Shown piece by piece: positions 1 to 8,879 of a stretch of 64,000 bases of DNA. Both the position numbers and the translations under genes were made by a program. Under the pieces are notes generated by a model, which saw nothing but the letters and a program-made list of their open reading frames with translations, was not told where the DNA came from and searched no databases. The DNA lies in assembly GCA_031409275.1 (NCBI GenBank), contig JANNXA010000049.1, positions 32,001 through 96,000 of the forward strand, given 5' to 3'. Source of the DNA: Planctomycetota bacterium. GTDB lineage: Bacteria; Planctomycetota; B15-G4; SIAN01. Within the stretch, counting starts at the first letter, position 1, and each line of letters starts with the position of its first letter.

Positions 1-1172
1 AGCTGATCGGCGAGACCTTCTTCGCCGTCAGCGCGATCGCCGCGGTCGCCTTCGCGCTGCACTACTGGCTGCCGTTGCGACTGAAGGAACCCGCCTTCAT
101 CGCCATCTCGATCGGCGCGCTGCCTTTCCTGGTCGGGCCGACGGTGGCGCTGCTGCTGCTCGCCGTGGCGCTGGCGATCTTCGCGATCGGACGCGCCGAA
201 GGCTCGAACGCGATGCGGGCGGGCGGGCTGCTCCTGATCGGCGCGGCGTGTGTCGCCGGCCGGGTCGGCGCGCTGCCGTGGCTGCCGGAGGAGTTGTGGC
301 CGCTGCTCGGCTCGGTGTTCCTGTTCCGGTTGCCGATCTGGGCGTACGACCGCGCCCACCTGCGCGGGCGCCCGTCGCTGCGCGAGTACCTCACCTACTT
401 CTTCATGCTCCCCAATTGGGGATGCCTGCTGTTCCCGGTCGTCGATTTCCAGACGCAGCGCAAGAGCTTCCTCGCGCGCGATCAGAACGAAGTGGCGCAG
501 ACCGGCATCGCCTGGATGGCGCGCGGGCTGTTGCAGCTGGTGATCTACACCTGGCTCTACAACGCGCGGGAGTGGTTCCCGGATCCGCTCCTGATCGACG
601 ATCCGCTGGCGCTGCTGCTGTGCCTGGCGCGCGTCTATCTGCTCTACCTGCGCCTTTCGGGGACGTTCCACTTCGTGATCGGGCTGATGCACCTGTTCGG
701 CTACGACCTGCCCGAAACCCACCGTCGCTGGCTGCTCTCCTCGTCGCTCACCGACTTCTGGCGGAGGATCAACCTCTACTGGAAGGACTTCATGGTGAAG
801 CTGGTGTGGTTCCCGGCCTACTTCCGCTGGCGCAAACAGGGGGAGCGGCGCGCGCAGCTCGCCGCGACGGCGCTGGTCTTCGTGGCGACCTGGTTCCTGC
901 ACGCCGCGCAGACCTTCTTGGCGACCGGGACCTTCCTGTGGCGCGCCACCGATGCCGTCTTCTGGGCGATCCTCGGCGTGCTGGTGCTGGTGAACCTCGC
1001 CTTTGAGCTGCGGCCCGGGGCGGCCGCAAGAGCGGCGGCGCGCCCCGCGTGGTCGCGGGCGTTGCGAGTGGCGGCGACGCTGCTGCTCCTGATGGTGCTC
1101 TGGTCGATGTGGAACGCGCCGACCTTCGCCGAGTGGTTCGACCTGCTGACCTGGTGGAAGGTGGGTGGGTGA
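1..1172 (+). CDS. MBOAT-family membrane-bound O-acyltransferase (DltB/AlgI-like), 5'-truncated by the window edge
   Basis: The frame is open from position 3. The protein is polytopic and hydrophobic, with MBOAT-like segments 'LSSSLTDFWRRINLYWKDFM' and 'ATWFLHAAQ' (candidate catalytic His). It precedes ACP and adenylation genes. Confidence 0.8.
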   Translation, partial: LIGETFFAVSAIAAVAFALHYWLPLRLKEPAFIAISIGALPFLVGPTVALLLLAVALAIFAIGRAEGSNAMRAGGLLLIGAACVAGRVGALPWLPEELWPLLGSVFLFRLPIWAYDRAHLRGRPSLREYLTYFFMLPNWGCLLFPVVDFQTQRKSFLARDQNEVAQTGIAWMARGLLQLVIYTWLYNAREWFPDPLLIDDPLALLLCLARVYLLYLRLSGTFHFVIGLMHLFGYDLPETHRRWLLSSSLTDFWRRINLYWKDFMVKLVWFPAYFRWRKQGERRAQLAATALVFVATWFLHAAQTFLATGTFLWRATDAVFWAILGVLVLVNLAFELRPGAAARAAARPAWSRALRVAATLLLLMVLWSMWNAPTFAEWFDLLTWWKVGG

Positions 1173-1239
1173 ACCGTCGTCGCGACGCGTCGGCATCGCT
1201 CATTGCCGAGCGCCTTCGCAGGGAGCAGAATCGGCCGCC

Positions 1240-1491
1240 ATGGACGAGATCGCCAACGAACTTCGCCGCTTCCTTCTCGCCGAGTTCCTGCCCGGGGAGA
1301 GCGCGGCCAACCTGCGCGACGACACGCCGCTGCGGACGGGCGGCATCCTCGATTCGGTTTCGACCCTCAAGTTCGTGGCCTTCGTCGAGCAGCGCTTCGG
1401 CATCGAGATCGAAGCGCACGAGACTGGCGTCCGCGACTTCGACTGCATTGCCGACGTCGCCGCATTGGTACAGCGCAAGCGGGGGCGCTGA
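1240..1491 (+). CDS. Acyl/aminoacyl carrier protein (DltC-like)
   Basis: 83 aa, with phosphopantetheine motif 'GILDSVSTL' and 'FVEQRFGIEI'. ATG at 1240. Confidence 0.9.
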   Translation: MDEIANELRRFLLAEFLPGESAANLRDDTPLRTGGILDSVSTLKFVAFVEQRFGIEIEAHETGVRDFDCIADVAALVQRKRGR

Positions 1492-1495
1492 GGCG

Positions 1496-3121
1496 ATGGT
1501 GGCGAGCGGAGCCACCGCGCAGAGTCTCTGCGACCTGCTCGAAGCGTCGACGCGCCGCCACGGCGATCGGACCGCGCTGGTGTCGCCCGACGGCAGCGCG
1601 ACGAGCTACGCGCAACTCGAGCAGCACGCGAGCGCGATCGCGGCGTTCCTGCGCGAGAGCGGCGTGGAGCCGGGCGATCGCATCGGCTTGTGCCTGCCGA
1701 AAGGGGCGGCGAGCGTCGCGGTGCTCTGGGGCGCGATGAAGGCGCGTGCCGCCTACGTGCCCGTCGACTGGCAGGGACCGGCGGCCCGCAACGCGGCGAT
1801 CCAAAGGGACGCGGGGGTCCGTGTGCTCTTCCTCGGCGAAGCGCGCGCCGACGTGCTTCGCGAGTGGCCGCAAGCGACGGCGCTGCCGACGCTCGTGCGC
1901 GTGCCGATGGGACGGACGGGCGCCGCGGGTGCGTTCGCCGCGGTCGTCGCGCCGTTTCCGGCTGCCGCGATCGAGTGGAGCGCGGTGTTGCGCCACCCGC
2001 CGCTCGCGCCCGATGGAGCCGGCCCGCGCGGTCGCGAGCAGCTGGCCTACATCCTCTACACGTCCGGTTCGACCGGGGTGCCCAAGGGCGTCGCGCTCAC
2101 GCACGGCAACGCGCTCGCGTTCGTCGACTGGGCCAGCGAAGTGTTCGCGCCGACGCCGGACGACCGCTTCTCGAGCCACGCGCCGTTTCATTTCGACCTC
2201 TCCGTCTTCGACCTCTTCGTGGCGCTGAAGCACGGCGCGACGTTGGTGCTGATCGGCGAGGAGCTCGGCAAGGAACCGAAGGGGTTGGCGCGCTGCATCG
2301 CCGAGCAGAAGCTGACCTTCTGGTACTCGACCCCTTCGGCGTTGGCGCTGCTCGCGGAGTTCGGGCAGCTCGCGGCGCATGACCTTTCCGCGTTGCGCCA
2401 CGTCCTCTTCGCCGGCGAGGTCTTTCCGCTGCCGGCGCTGCGCCGCTTGACCGAGCAGTTGCCGCGGCCGGCGTTCTGGAACCTCTACGGGCCCACCGAG
2501 ACCAACGTCTGCACCTTCGCGCGCATCCCGCTGCCGATCGCGCCCGACCGTACGCGTCCGTTTCCGATCGGCCCACTTTGCGCGCATTGCGACGGGCTCG
2601 TCCTCGACGAGGCGCGGCGCGAAGTGGCGGTGGGTGGCGAGGGCCGGCTCCACATCGCCGGGCCGGCGCTCTTCGCGGGCTATTTCGGCCGTCCCGACCT
2701 CGATACGACGGTCTTCTTCGAGCGAGGAGGGCGGCGCTGGTACGACACCGGCGACGTCGTCCGCGAGGTCGCGGGCGAGGGGTTCCATTACCTCGGCCGG
2801 CGCGACCGCATGGTCAAGCGCCGCGGCTACCGCATCGAGCTCGGCGAGGTCGAGGCGGCGTTGCAGCGCCATCCCGAGCTGCGCGAGGCGGCGGTGGTGG
2901 CGCTGCCCGACGCGGCGTGCGGCGTGCGAATCGACGCCCATGTCGTGGCGGTCGCTGCGCCGCTGTCGTTGATCGCGCTGAAGCGTTTCTGTGCCGAGCA
3001 GCTGCCGGCGGCGATGAGCCCCGACCGTTTCGTCTTCCACCCGCAGCTCCCGCGCACTTCGACGGCGAAGGTCGACTACCCGGCACTCCTGCGCGTGTCT
3101 TCCGGCGGAGGCGCACCATGA
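1496..3121 (+). CDS. Stand-alone amino-acid adenylation enzyme (DltA-like)
   Basis: A-domain core motifs LAYILYTSGSTGVPKG, FDLSVFD, NLYGPTE, YDTGD, GRRDRMVKRRGYRIELGEVE, LPRTSTAKVD. Confidence 0.92.
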   Translation: MVASGATAQSLCDLLEASTRRHGDRTALVSPDGSATSYAQLEQHASAIAAFLRESGVEPGDRIGLCLPKGAASVAVLWGAMKARAAYVPVDWQGPAARNAAIQRDAGVRVLFLGEARADVLREWPQATALPTLVRVPMGRTGAAGAFAAVVAPFPAAAIEWSAVLRHPPLAPDGAGPRGREQLAYILYTSGSTGVPKGVALTHGNALAFVDWASEVFAPTPDDRFSSHAPFHFDLSVFDLFVALKHGATLVLIGEELGKEPKGLARCIAEQKLTFWYSTPSALALLAEFGQLAAHDLSALRHVLFAGEVFPLPALRRLTEQLPRPAFWNLYGPTETNVCTFARIPLPIAPDRTRPFPIGPLCAHCDGLVLDEARREVAVGGEGRLHIAGPALFAGYFGRPDLDTTVFFERGGRRWYDTGDVVREVAGEGFHYLGRRDRMVKRRGYRIELGEVEAALQRHPELREAAVVALPDAACGVRIDAHVVAVAAPLSLIALKRFCAEQLPAAMSPDRFVFHPQLPRTSTAKVDYPALLRVSSGGGAP

Positions 3122-4260
3122 CGCCGTTCGCCCGCTCGGCCGCGGCGACGGTGGCGCTGCTGGTCGCGCTGCTCGCTCTCGAGCGCGCGCATCCCTCGGT
3201 CGCTCCGAGCTGGGTGCCGCGTTGGCTGCGGGCGCAGGTGCGCGAGTGCGTCTACCACGGCCTGAACGAAGAGGACGAGCTCGGCTTGCTGGCCGGCTAC
3301 TACACCGAACTGCTCGACGCGAGCCGCGAATCGACGCGAAGCGGCGACCTCGACGACGTCTGGGAGAGGGCGCTCCATCGTGGCGCGATCCACGAGCGGC
3401 TGGACTCCTTCCTGCTCTATCGACCCAAGCCGTCGACCGGCGATCCGGGCGACCCGTCGGCCGCGCATCTCACCAATCGCGCCGGACTGTTCGATCGCGA
3501 CTACCCCGACGCGCGCACCCCGGGAGTGCGGCGCCTGGTGTGGGTCGGCGATTCGCTCTCGCGAGGGCTCGGCGCGCCGTTCGGGAAGGGGCTCGAGCCA
3601 CGACTCGAAGCGTGGCTGAACGAGCCGCGCGGTGACGGGACGGGTGTCGAGGTGCTGAACCTCGCCGTCGAGGGCTATCGCCTCACGCAGTTCATCAAGG
3701 TCGTGGACGAGGCGCTGCCGCGCTGGCATCCCGACGTCGTGGTCGTCGGCCTCTCCGACCTCTCGGTGGCGCGGATCTGGGGACACCACCTCGCCTGCCT
3801 CGTCCATGACGGCATCGACCTCGAGTACCCCTACCTGCGCGAGCTTGTCGTCCGCGCGCGGCTAGAGCGCAACGACCCGCCGCGCGTTTCCGACGCGAAG
3901 CTGGCGCCCTTCCGCGTCGAGTTCATCCGTTTCGCGTTGACCACGATCCGCGCGAGCTGCGCGTCGGCGGGCGCGCAAGTGGTGATCGCGCTGCTCCCCG
4001 CCGTCGGCGAGAGCGATCGACTCGAAGCGCGATTCCTCGAGGCGCGCGCGATCGCGCTCGAGCTCGAGCTGCCGGTGATCGACCTCGTCGAGACCTTTGC
4101 GGGGGTCAGCGACCTCGCCGATTGGCGCGTCAGCGACATCGATCACCATCCGAACGAAGCGGGCTACGGGCGCCTGCTCGCGGCATTCCAGTCAGCGCTC
4201 CGGGCCGCGCCGGCCACCTACGAACTCTTCGCCGGCCGTCCGCTGCCGGCGGGGGACTGA
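3118..4260 (+). CDS. Membrane-anchored SGNH/GDSL-family protein (DltD/AlgJ-like position)
   Basis: N-terminal hydrophobic helix, block I 'WVGDSLSRG' and C-terminal 'DHHPNEAG' (DxH). ATGA overlap with the upstream stop. Confidence 0.8.
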   Translation: MTPFARSAAATVALLVALLALERAHPSVAPSWVPRWLRAQVRECVYHGLNEEDELGLLAGYYTELLDASRESTRSGDLDDVWERALHRGAIHERLDSFLLYRPKPSTGDPGDPSAAHLTNRAGLFDRDYPDARTPGVRRLVWVGDSLSRGLGAPFGKGLEPRLEAWLNEPRGDGTGVEVLNLAVEGYRLTQFIKVVDEALPRWHPDVVVVGLSDLSVARIWGHHLACLVHDGIDLEYPYLRELVVRARLERNDPPRVSDAKLAPFRVEFIRFALTTIRASCASAGAQVVIALLPAVGESDRLEARFLEARAIALELELPVIDLVETFAGVSDLADWRVSDIDHHPNEAGYGRLLAAFQSALRAAPATYELFAGRPLPAGD

Positions 4261-4266
4261 GCGCGC

Positions 4267-5535
4267 GTGGTCGCACGCCTGCCGTCGTGGCGCGGACTGA
4301 CGGTGCTGCTTGGCGGCGAGGGCACGCAGCGCGGCCTGTCGTTCGTCGCGATCTGGTTGCTGACGCAGCGCATGACGCGCGAGCAGTACGCGCCGGTCGA
4401 GGTCGCGCTCGCCGCCTTGATGTTCGCCGCGCTCGTGGTCGAACTCGGCCTCCCGCTGCTGGGCGCGCGCGAGGTCGCGCGACAGCCGACGCACGCGCTG
4501 TCGCTCGTGCGTCCGGTCGTCGGGTTGCAACTGGTGACGGCGTTGGTGCTCGCGGGGCTCGCGTTCGTCGCGCGCGCAGCAGGCTGGATCGATGGAGTGC
4601 TTGCGCAGCTGCTGCCGGTCTACGCGCTCAGCCTGCTCTTGCTGCCGTGGCTCGTGCCGTGGCTCTTCCAGGGCCTTGGCGCGATGGCGTGGGTCGCGGC
4701 GCCCGGGGTCCTGCGCCAGGGGCTCTTCCTCGCGGGCGTCGCCGTCTGGGTGACCGATGGCGAGCGAATCGCCCGACTGCCGTGGATCGAAGTGGCCGCG
4801 GTTGGCGGCGCGGCAGCGCTTGCGCAGTTGGCATGGCGGAAGCGGACGGCGGCGCTGCGAGCGGTCGGCGCGATCGGCGCGATCGGCGAACCGCGGGCGC
4901 TGCCGTCGCGGTCGGCGCTGTTGCGTGAAGCGGCCCCCATGGGACTCTCGCAGTTCCTGTGGGCGCTGCGGATGTTCCTGGCGACGCTGCTGTTGTGGAA
5001 CCTTGTGGAACGGCCGGCGGTCGCCGATTACGGGGTCGCCCATCGGGTGATGATGATCCTGCAGGCCGTGATCACGATGTACTTCACGAATCTCTATCCG
5101 ACGCTCTCGCGCGCAGCGGTCGGGCCGCGTCCGGAGCTGGCGCGGTTGCTGGTTCGATCGCTGTCGATCGCGACCGGCGGCGCGCTGCTGCTCGCGGGCG
5201 GGATCGCGGTGGCGGCGCCGTGGCTGCTGCACACCCTCTTCCGGGCGGAGTTCGCCAACGCGCAGAGCATCCGTTGCCTGCGCCTGCTGATCTTCGTCAT
5301 TCCATTGCTGGCGCTGCGCGGCCACTTCCGAATGACGCTGCTGTCGATGGGCCGCGGGCGGCTCGAGCTGATGGTGTCGATCGGCGGGACGTTGCTGCTG
5401 GCGGCGCTGATCCCGTCGCTTGCGCGTGCGCAGGGGGCGAGCGGCGCGGCGCTCTCGCTGCTGATCGCGGAAGCGGCGGGGACGGCGGCGACGGCGATCG
5501 CGTTCTCGATGGCATGGCGGGAGCGGCGGGCATGA
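4267..5535 (+). CDS. Wzx/MOP-family oligosaccharide flippase
   Basis: About 12 hydrophobic segments, with 'ELGLPLLGAREVAR', 'WLFQGL' and 'LYPTLSR' motifs typical of polysaccharide flippases. Confidence 0.8.
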   Translation: MVARLPSWRGLTVLLGGEGTQRGLSFVAIWLLTQRMTREQYAPVEVALAALMFAALVVELGLPLLGAREVARQPTHALSLVRPVVGLQLVTALVLAGLAFVARAAGWIDGVLAQLLPVYALSLLLLPWLVPWLFQGLGAMAWVAAPGVLRQGLFLAGVAVWVTDGERIARLPWIEVAAVGGAAALAQLAWRKRTAALRAVGAIGAIGEPRALPSRSALLREAAPMGLSQFLWALRMFLATLLLWNLVERPAVADYGVAHRVMMILQAVITMYFTNLYPTLSRAAVGPRPELARLLVRSLSIATGGALLLAGGIAVAAPWLLHTLFRAEFANAQSIRCLRLLIFVIPLLALRGHFRMTLLSMGRGRLELMVSIGGTLLLAALIPSLARAQGASGAALSLLIAEAAGTAATAIAFSMAWRERRA

Positions 5536-6506
5536 GCGACGGGCTGGTCTTCGTGCTCGGTGCGCCGCGCAGCGGAACGACGCTGTTGCGCGCGATGCTG
5601 AATCGCCACTCGCGCGTCGGGCTGTGCGACGAGACCTTCTTCTTCTACTGGGTCGCGCAGCGCGAGCGGGTCTTCGGTGACCTCGCCGACCCGCGCCGTC
5701 GCGCGCGGGCGATCGACCGCTTCGTCGCGACGCGTCGCATCGAGCGGCTGCGTCTCGATCGCGCGGCGCTGCAGGCGTGCCTGCAGGAGGAGGCGACGAG
5801 CTATCCGGCCTTCTTCGCGTCGCTGCTCCGTTTCTATGCGCGCGCGCAGGGCAAGACGATCGGCGGCGAGAAGACGCCGCAGCACGCCTTGCACGCGGCC
5901 ACGTTGCGGCGCTGGTATCCCGACGCGCGGCTGATCCACCTGATCCGTGATCCGCGCGACGTCGCCGCGTCGCTGAAACGGATGCCGTGGGGCAGCGGCA
6001 GCGCGCTCTCCGATGCCACGTTGTGGCGCGACTGCGTCGAAGGCGCCGAGGCGCTGGCAGGAGATCCGCGGTTCGCACGCGTTCGCTACGAGACCCTCGT
6101 GGAGCAGCCGCAGCCGGAGCTCGAGCGGCTCTGCGCCTTCCTCGGGCTTGCGTTCGAGCCGGGCATGCTGCAAGGCGAGGCGAAGAAGAGCGACCGCTGG
6201 TGGTTCGACCGCGCGCAGGGAGCGCTCGAGAAGTCGCGCGTCGAGCGTTGGCGCAGCGAACTCGACGCCGATGAGGTCGCGATCGTGGAGCGCGTCGCGG
6301 GGCACCACCTTGCGGCGCACGGCTACGTCGCGGCGCAGCCGCCGGCGACGCCGCCGCAGTGGCGCGCGGCGCAGTGGCAGGCGAAGGTCGCCGGACTCAA
6401 GCGTCGCTGGCGCCACCTCCCGGCCACTTTCTGGCGGCTCGTTCGGCCCGATCTCCTGGCGCGCGAGGAACGTGCGATCGACGGCCCTGGCGACCCGATC
6501 GAGTGA
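5532..6506 (+). CDS. PAPS-dependent sulfotransferase (Sulfotransfer_3-like)
   Basis: 5'-PSB loop 'GAPRSGTTLL', 'GEKTPQH', 3'-PB 'IRDPRDVAAS', 'VRYETLVEQP'. ATGA overlap with the flippase. Confidence 0.92.
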   Translation: MSDGLVFVLGAPRSGTTLLRAMLNRHSRVGLCDETFFFYWVAQRERVFGDLADPRRRARAIDRFVATRRIERLRLDRAALQACLQEEATSYPAFFASLLRFYARAQGKTIGGEKTPQHALHAATLRRWYPDARLIHLIRDPRDVAASLKRMPWGSGSALSDATLWRDCVEGAEALAGDPRFARVRYETLVEQPQPELERLCAFLGLAFEPGMLQGEAKKSDRWWFDRAQGALEKSRVERWRSELDADEVAIVERVAGHHLAAHGYVAAQPPATPPQWRAAQWQAKVAGLKRRWRHLPATFWRLVRPDLLAREERAIDGPGDPIE

Positions 6507-6513
6507 GGCAAGC

Positions 6514-6549
6514 GAAGGGCCCGCGCGGCGGCTGCCGAGCGGGCCCTTC
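6514..6549. terminator. GC-rich hairpin between convergent genes (putative terminator)
   Basis: Inverted repeat GAAGGGCCCGC...GCGGGCCCTTC just after the sulfotransferase stop. There is no U-tract. Confidence 0.5.
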
Positions 6550-6590
6550 AGTGAATCACGGTCGTGGTCGTCGGGTCGAGCCGCGCTCGC

Positions 6591-7763
6591 TCAGGACGAG
6601 GAGGCCTTCAGCGCGAAGGCCGACTCATCGACGCGCAGCAGCGCCTTCTTGGTGCCCACGCAGACCTCGAAGTTGAGCGAGCCGCGCGTCTGGAAGATCT
6701 CGCAGGCGAGCTTGTTGCCCTTCGCGTCTTCGGAGGTGCCGGTGAGGCGCAGGTTGTCGGGGCGATTGACCGAGTCCTCGAGCACGATCTCGTTCTTCAC
6801 GAGCTGGCGCTGCGCCCGGGTCCGCAGCGGACCGACCTGCGCTTCCGCCTGCGCCCCGAACTGCTGGACGATCGCCTCGAACTGCTTCAGCGCGAGCTCG
6901 GTGGCGGCGTTCGACTGCTCCGCCTCCTCGCGCTCGCGGTTGCGCAGCAGCGCGACGATCTCGCTGCCCTGCTGCATCAAGTAGACGTTCATCGAGCAGT
7001 CGTCGCCCTCGATCTCGAGATCGATGGTGCCGACGATCATCGGCTTGGTGAGGTCGCTGTCGGCGGCCAACGAGCGCTGGTACCAGGTCGACTTGGCATC
7101 GTTGCCGTTCAGCTGCAGGTCGGCGTGGGTGACCGCCACCGCAGCGCAACCCGCGCTGAGCCGCAGCGGACCCCACGCGAGCGTGCACGTGGCGGTTTCG
7201 CCGCCGCCCGCGAGGTCGATGGTCATCAGCGGGACGATCTCGGGAGCATCGCCGACGAAGCGCGCGGCCACCTGATGCGCCGGCTCGTCGCCGATCATCG
7301 TCGGCGCCTGGTCGGCGTGCAGCGGCTCGTAGACGATGAAGCTCCAGGCGTTCTCGCCGGTGGCGATCAGGTTGAAGCCGTAGCGGCCCGGCTGGATCAG
7401 CTGGTCGCCGAAGAAGATCGGCGCGCCCTTCACGGTGATCGTGGAGATCTCGGCCGGCCCGGTGCCGGCGCCCATGCGCCACGGCTGGCCCGCCTGCGCG
7501 ATCTGCGCCATCTGGCCCAGGCGATCATCGCTCCATTCCGGCTGGCCATGCTCGACGGTCAACGTCGCTTCGCCCACCTTGGTGGTCGACGTGTGGCGCG
7601 TCGGGCCCTTCGGCGCCGCATCCTGCGTCGGCGCGCTCGCAGCGGGTGCGCCGGTCGCGGGCGGGGTGGCGGGAGCCGGGGTGGCTGGCTGTTGGGCATG
7701 GGCCGTTGCAGCAAGGACGAGAGTGGCCAGGCAAAGGGCACTCTGGGTGAGGCGCGCAGACAT
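6591..7763 (-). CDS. Secreted DUF2911-like domain protein with C-terminal extension
   Basis: Signal peptide ending AHA, Pro/Ala linker, then 'TLTVEHGQP...PWRMGAG...GDQLIQPGRY' resembling DUF2911. A GGAGG RBS lies upstream. Confidence 0.6.
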   Translation of the reverse strand: MSARLTQSALCLATLVLAATAHAQQPATPAPATPPATGAPAASAPTQDAAPKGPTRHTSTTKVGEATLTVEHGQPEWSDDRLGQMAQIAQAGQPWRMGAGTGPAEISTITVKGAPIFFGDQLIQPGRYGFNLIATGENAWSFIVYEPLHADQAPTMIGDEPAHQVAARFVGDAPEIVPLMTIDLAGGGETATCTLAWGPLRLSAGCAAVAVTHADLQLNGNDAKSTWYQRSLAADSDLTKPMIVGTIDLEIEGDDCSMNVYLMQQGSEIVALLRNREREEAEQSNAATELALKQFEAIVQQFGAQAEAQVGPLRTRAQRQLVKNEIVLEDSVNRPDNLRLTGTSEDAKGNKLACEIFQTRGSLNFEVCVGTKKALLRVDESAFALKASSS

Positions 7764-7873
7764 CGAATCCTCCTTCGAACGGAACGCTTGAGCGGCACCG
7801 CAGGGGGCTTCCGGACGCTTCCGGTCGCGGTGCCGGACGGGGCGCGAGAGTACCGAACACGAGCCGCGGGCGC

Positions 7874-8833
7874 TCAAGTTCCCGCGCTCTCGCCGTTCTG
7901 CCGCGGCGGCTGCAGGTCGGCCACCGTTCCGAGGCGCGCTTCGCACACTTGCTGGAAGAAGCAGCGGCGACATTCGTGGACGTCGGTGGTCGGCGGGAAG
8001 TCCTCGATGCGGGCGCTGTTGGCGGCGCGATCGACGAGCCGCTCCCGCATCGCCTCGGCGCTGGCGCGAACCTTCTCGGCGGCCCCGTCGAGCGCGGTGG
8101 CGCTGATCGGCACCTCGATCACGGTGCCGCTTTGGAGCATCACGTCGAATGCGCGCAGGCGCGTCGGATCGAGTCCCCACTTGGCGCGCGCGAAATGGGC
8201 GTAGGCGAGCAGCTGGAACGCGTGGTCGTTGCGCTCGCCGCCGGTCTTCCAGTCGAGCAGCCAGGTCTCACCGTCGCGGTCGAAGGCGAAGTCGGGGGCG
8301 ACGAAGCACGGCACGCATCCGATCGGCGCGACCTCGAGCTCGTCGATCGAGCGCCAGTGCGCCGGCCCGACCCGCTCGATGTCGCGTGCCAGCTCGCTGT
8401 CGAGGTGGTGGCGCACGCAGGCGACGGCGTGGTCGCGCAGCGCGGTCAGTTCGCTTGGCGCGATGGACAGCGCGAAGTAGTGCTCGAAGAGAGGCGGCGC
8501 CTGCTTGGGGCCGACGGTGCGCCAGCGCTCCTGCTTCGACGCGACCCACGCATCGTTCATGCGCTGGCGCAGCTGCTCGTACGGAGGGGTCGGCGTACGG
8601 CCGGCGGCGCGCGCGCGCAACAGGTCGGCAAGCGTGGCGTGGACCGCCGTGCCCGCCATCATCTTCAGCGTCGCCATCTTGCTGAAGAAGTAGGCGCGTT
8701 GCGCGAGCTCGGGCGCGCCGCGCGACCAGCCGCCCCAGAAAGCGTAGTAGCGCAGCCAGTAGCGCCGCTGGCAGGTCGCGAAGGTCTGCGCGCGCGAGAA
8801 CGACCAGGTGAACTCGTTCTTCAGCTCGGCCAT
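7874..8833 (-). CDS. PD-(D/E)XK nuclease (RecB/AddB/Cas4-like) with Cys cluster
   Basis: 'WSFSRAQTFATCQRRY', 'GTAVH', 'APDF...LLDWKTG', 'QLLAY', C-terminal 'CRRCFFQQVC'. Confidence 0.85.
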   Translation of the reverse strand: MAELKNEFTWSFSRAQTFATCQRRYWLRYYAFWGGWSRGAPELAQRAYFFSKMATLKMMAGTAVHATLADLLRARAAGRTPTPPYEQLRQRMNDAWVASKQERWRTVGPKQAPPLFEHYFALSIAPSELTALRDHAVACVRHHLDSELARDIERVGPAHWRSIDELEVAPIGCVPCFVAPDFAFDRDGETWLLDWKTGGERNDHAFQLLAYAHFARAKWGLDPTRLRAFDVMLQSGTVIEVPISATALDGAAEKVRASAEAMRERLVDRAANSARIEDFPPTTDVHECRRCFFQQVCEARLGTVADLQPPRQNGESAGT

Positions 8834-8879
8834 GGCGGGAACTGTAGCGCGATCGAAGCGCGCGTCGCGGAGCGCGCGG

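Noticed and set aside
1240..3121. NRPS secondary-metabolite cluster
   Set aside because: No condensation or thioesterase domain. The MBOAT/SGNH context fits envelope acylation.
7874..8833. CRISPR-associated cas4
   Set aside because: No cas1/cas2 or array nearby, so it is treated as a solo PD-(D/E)XK nuclease.
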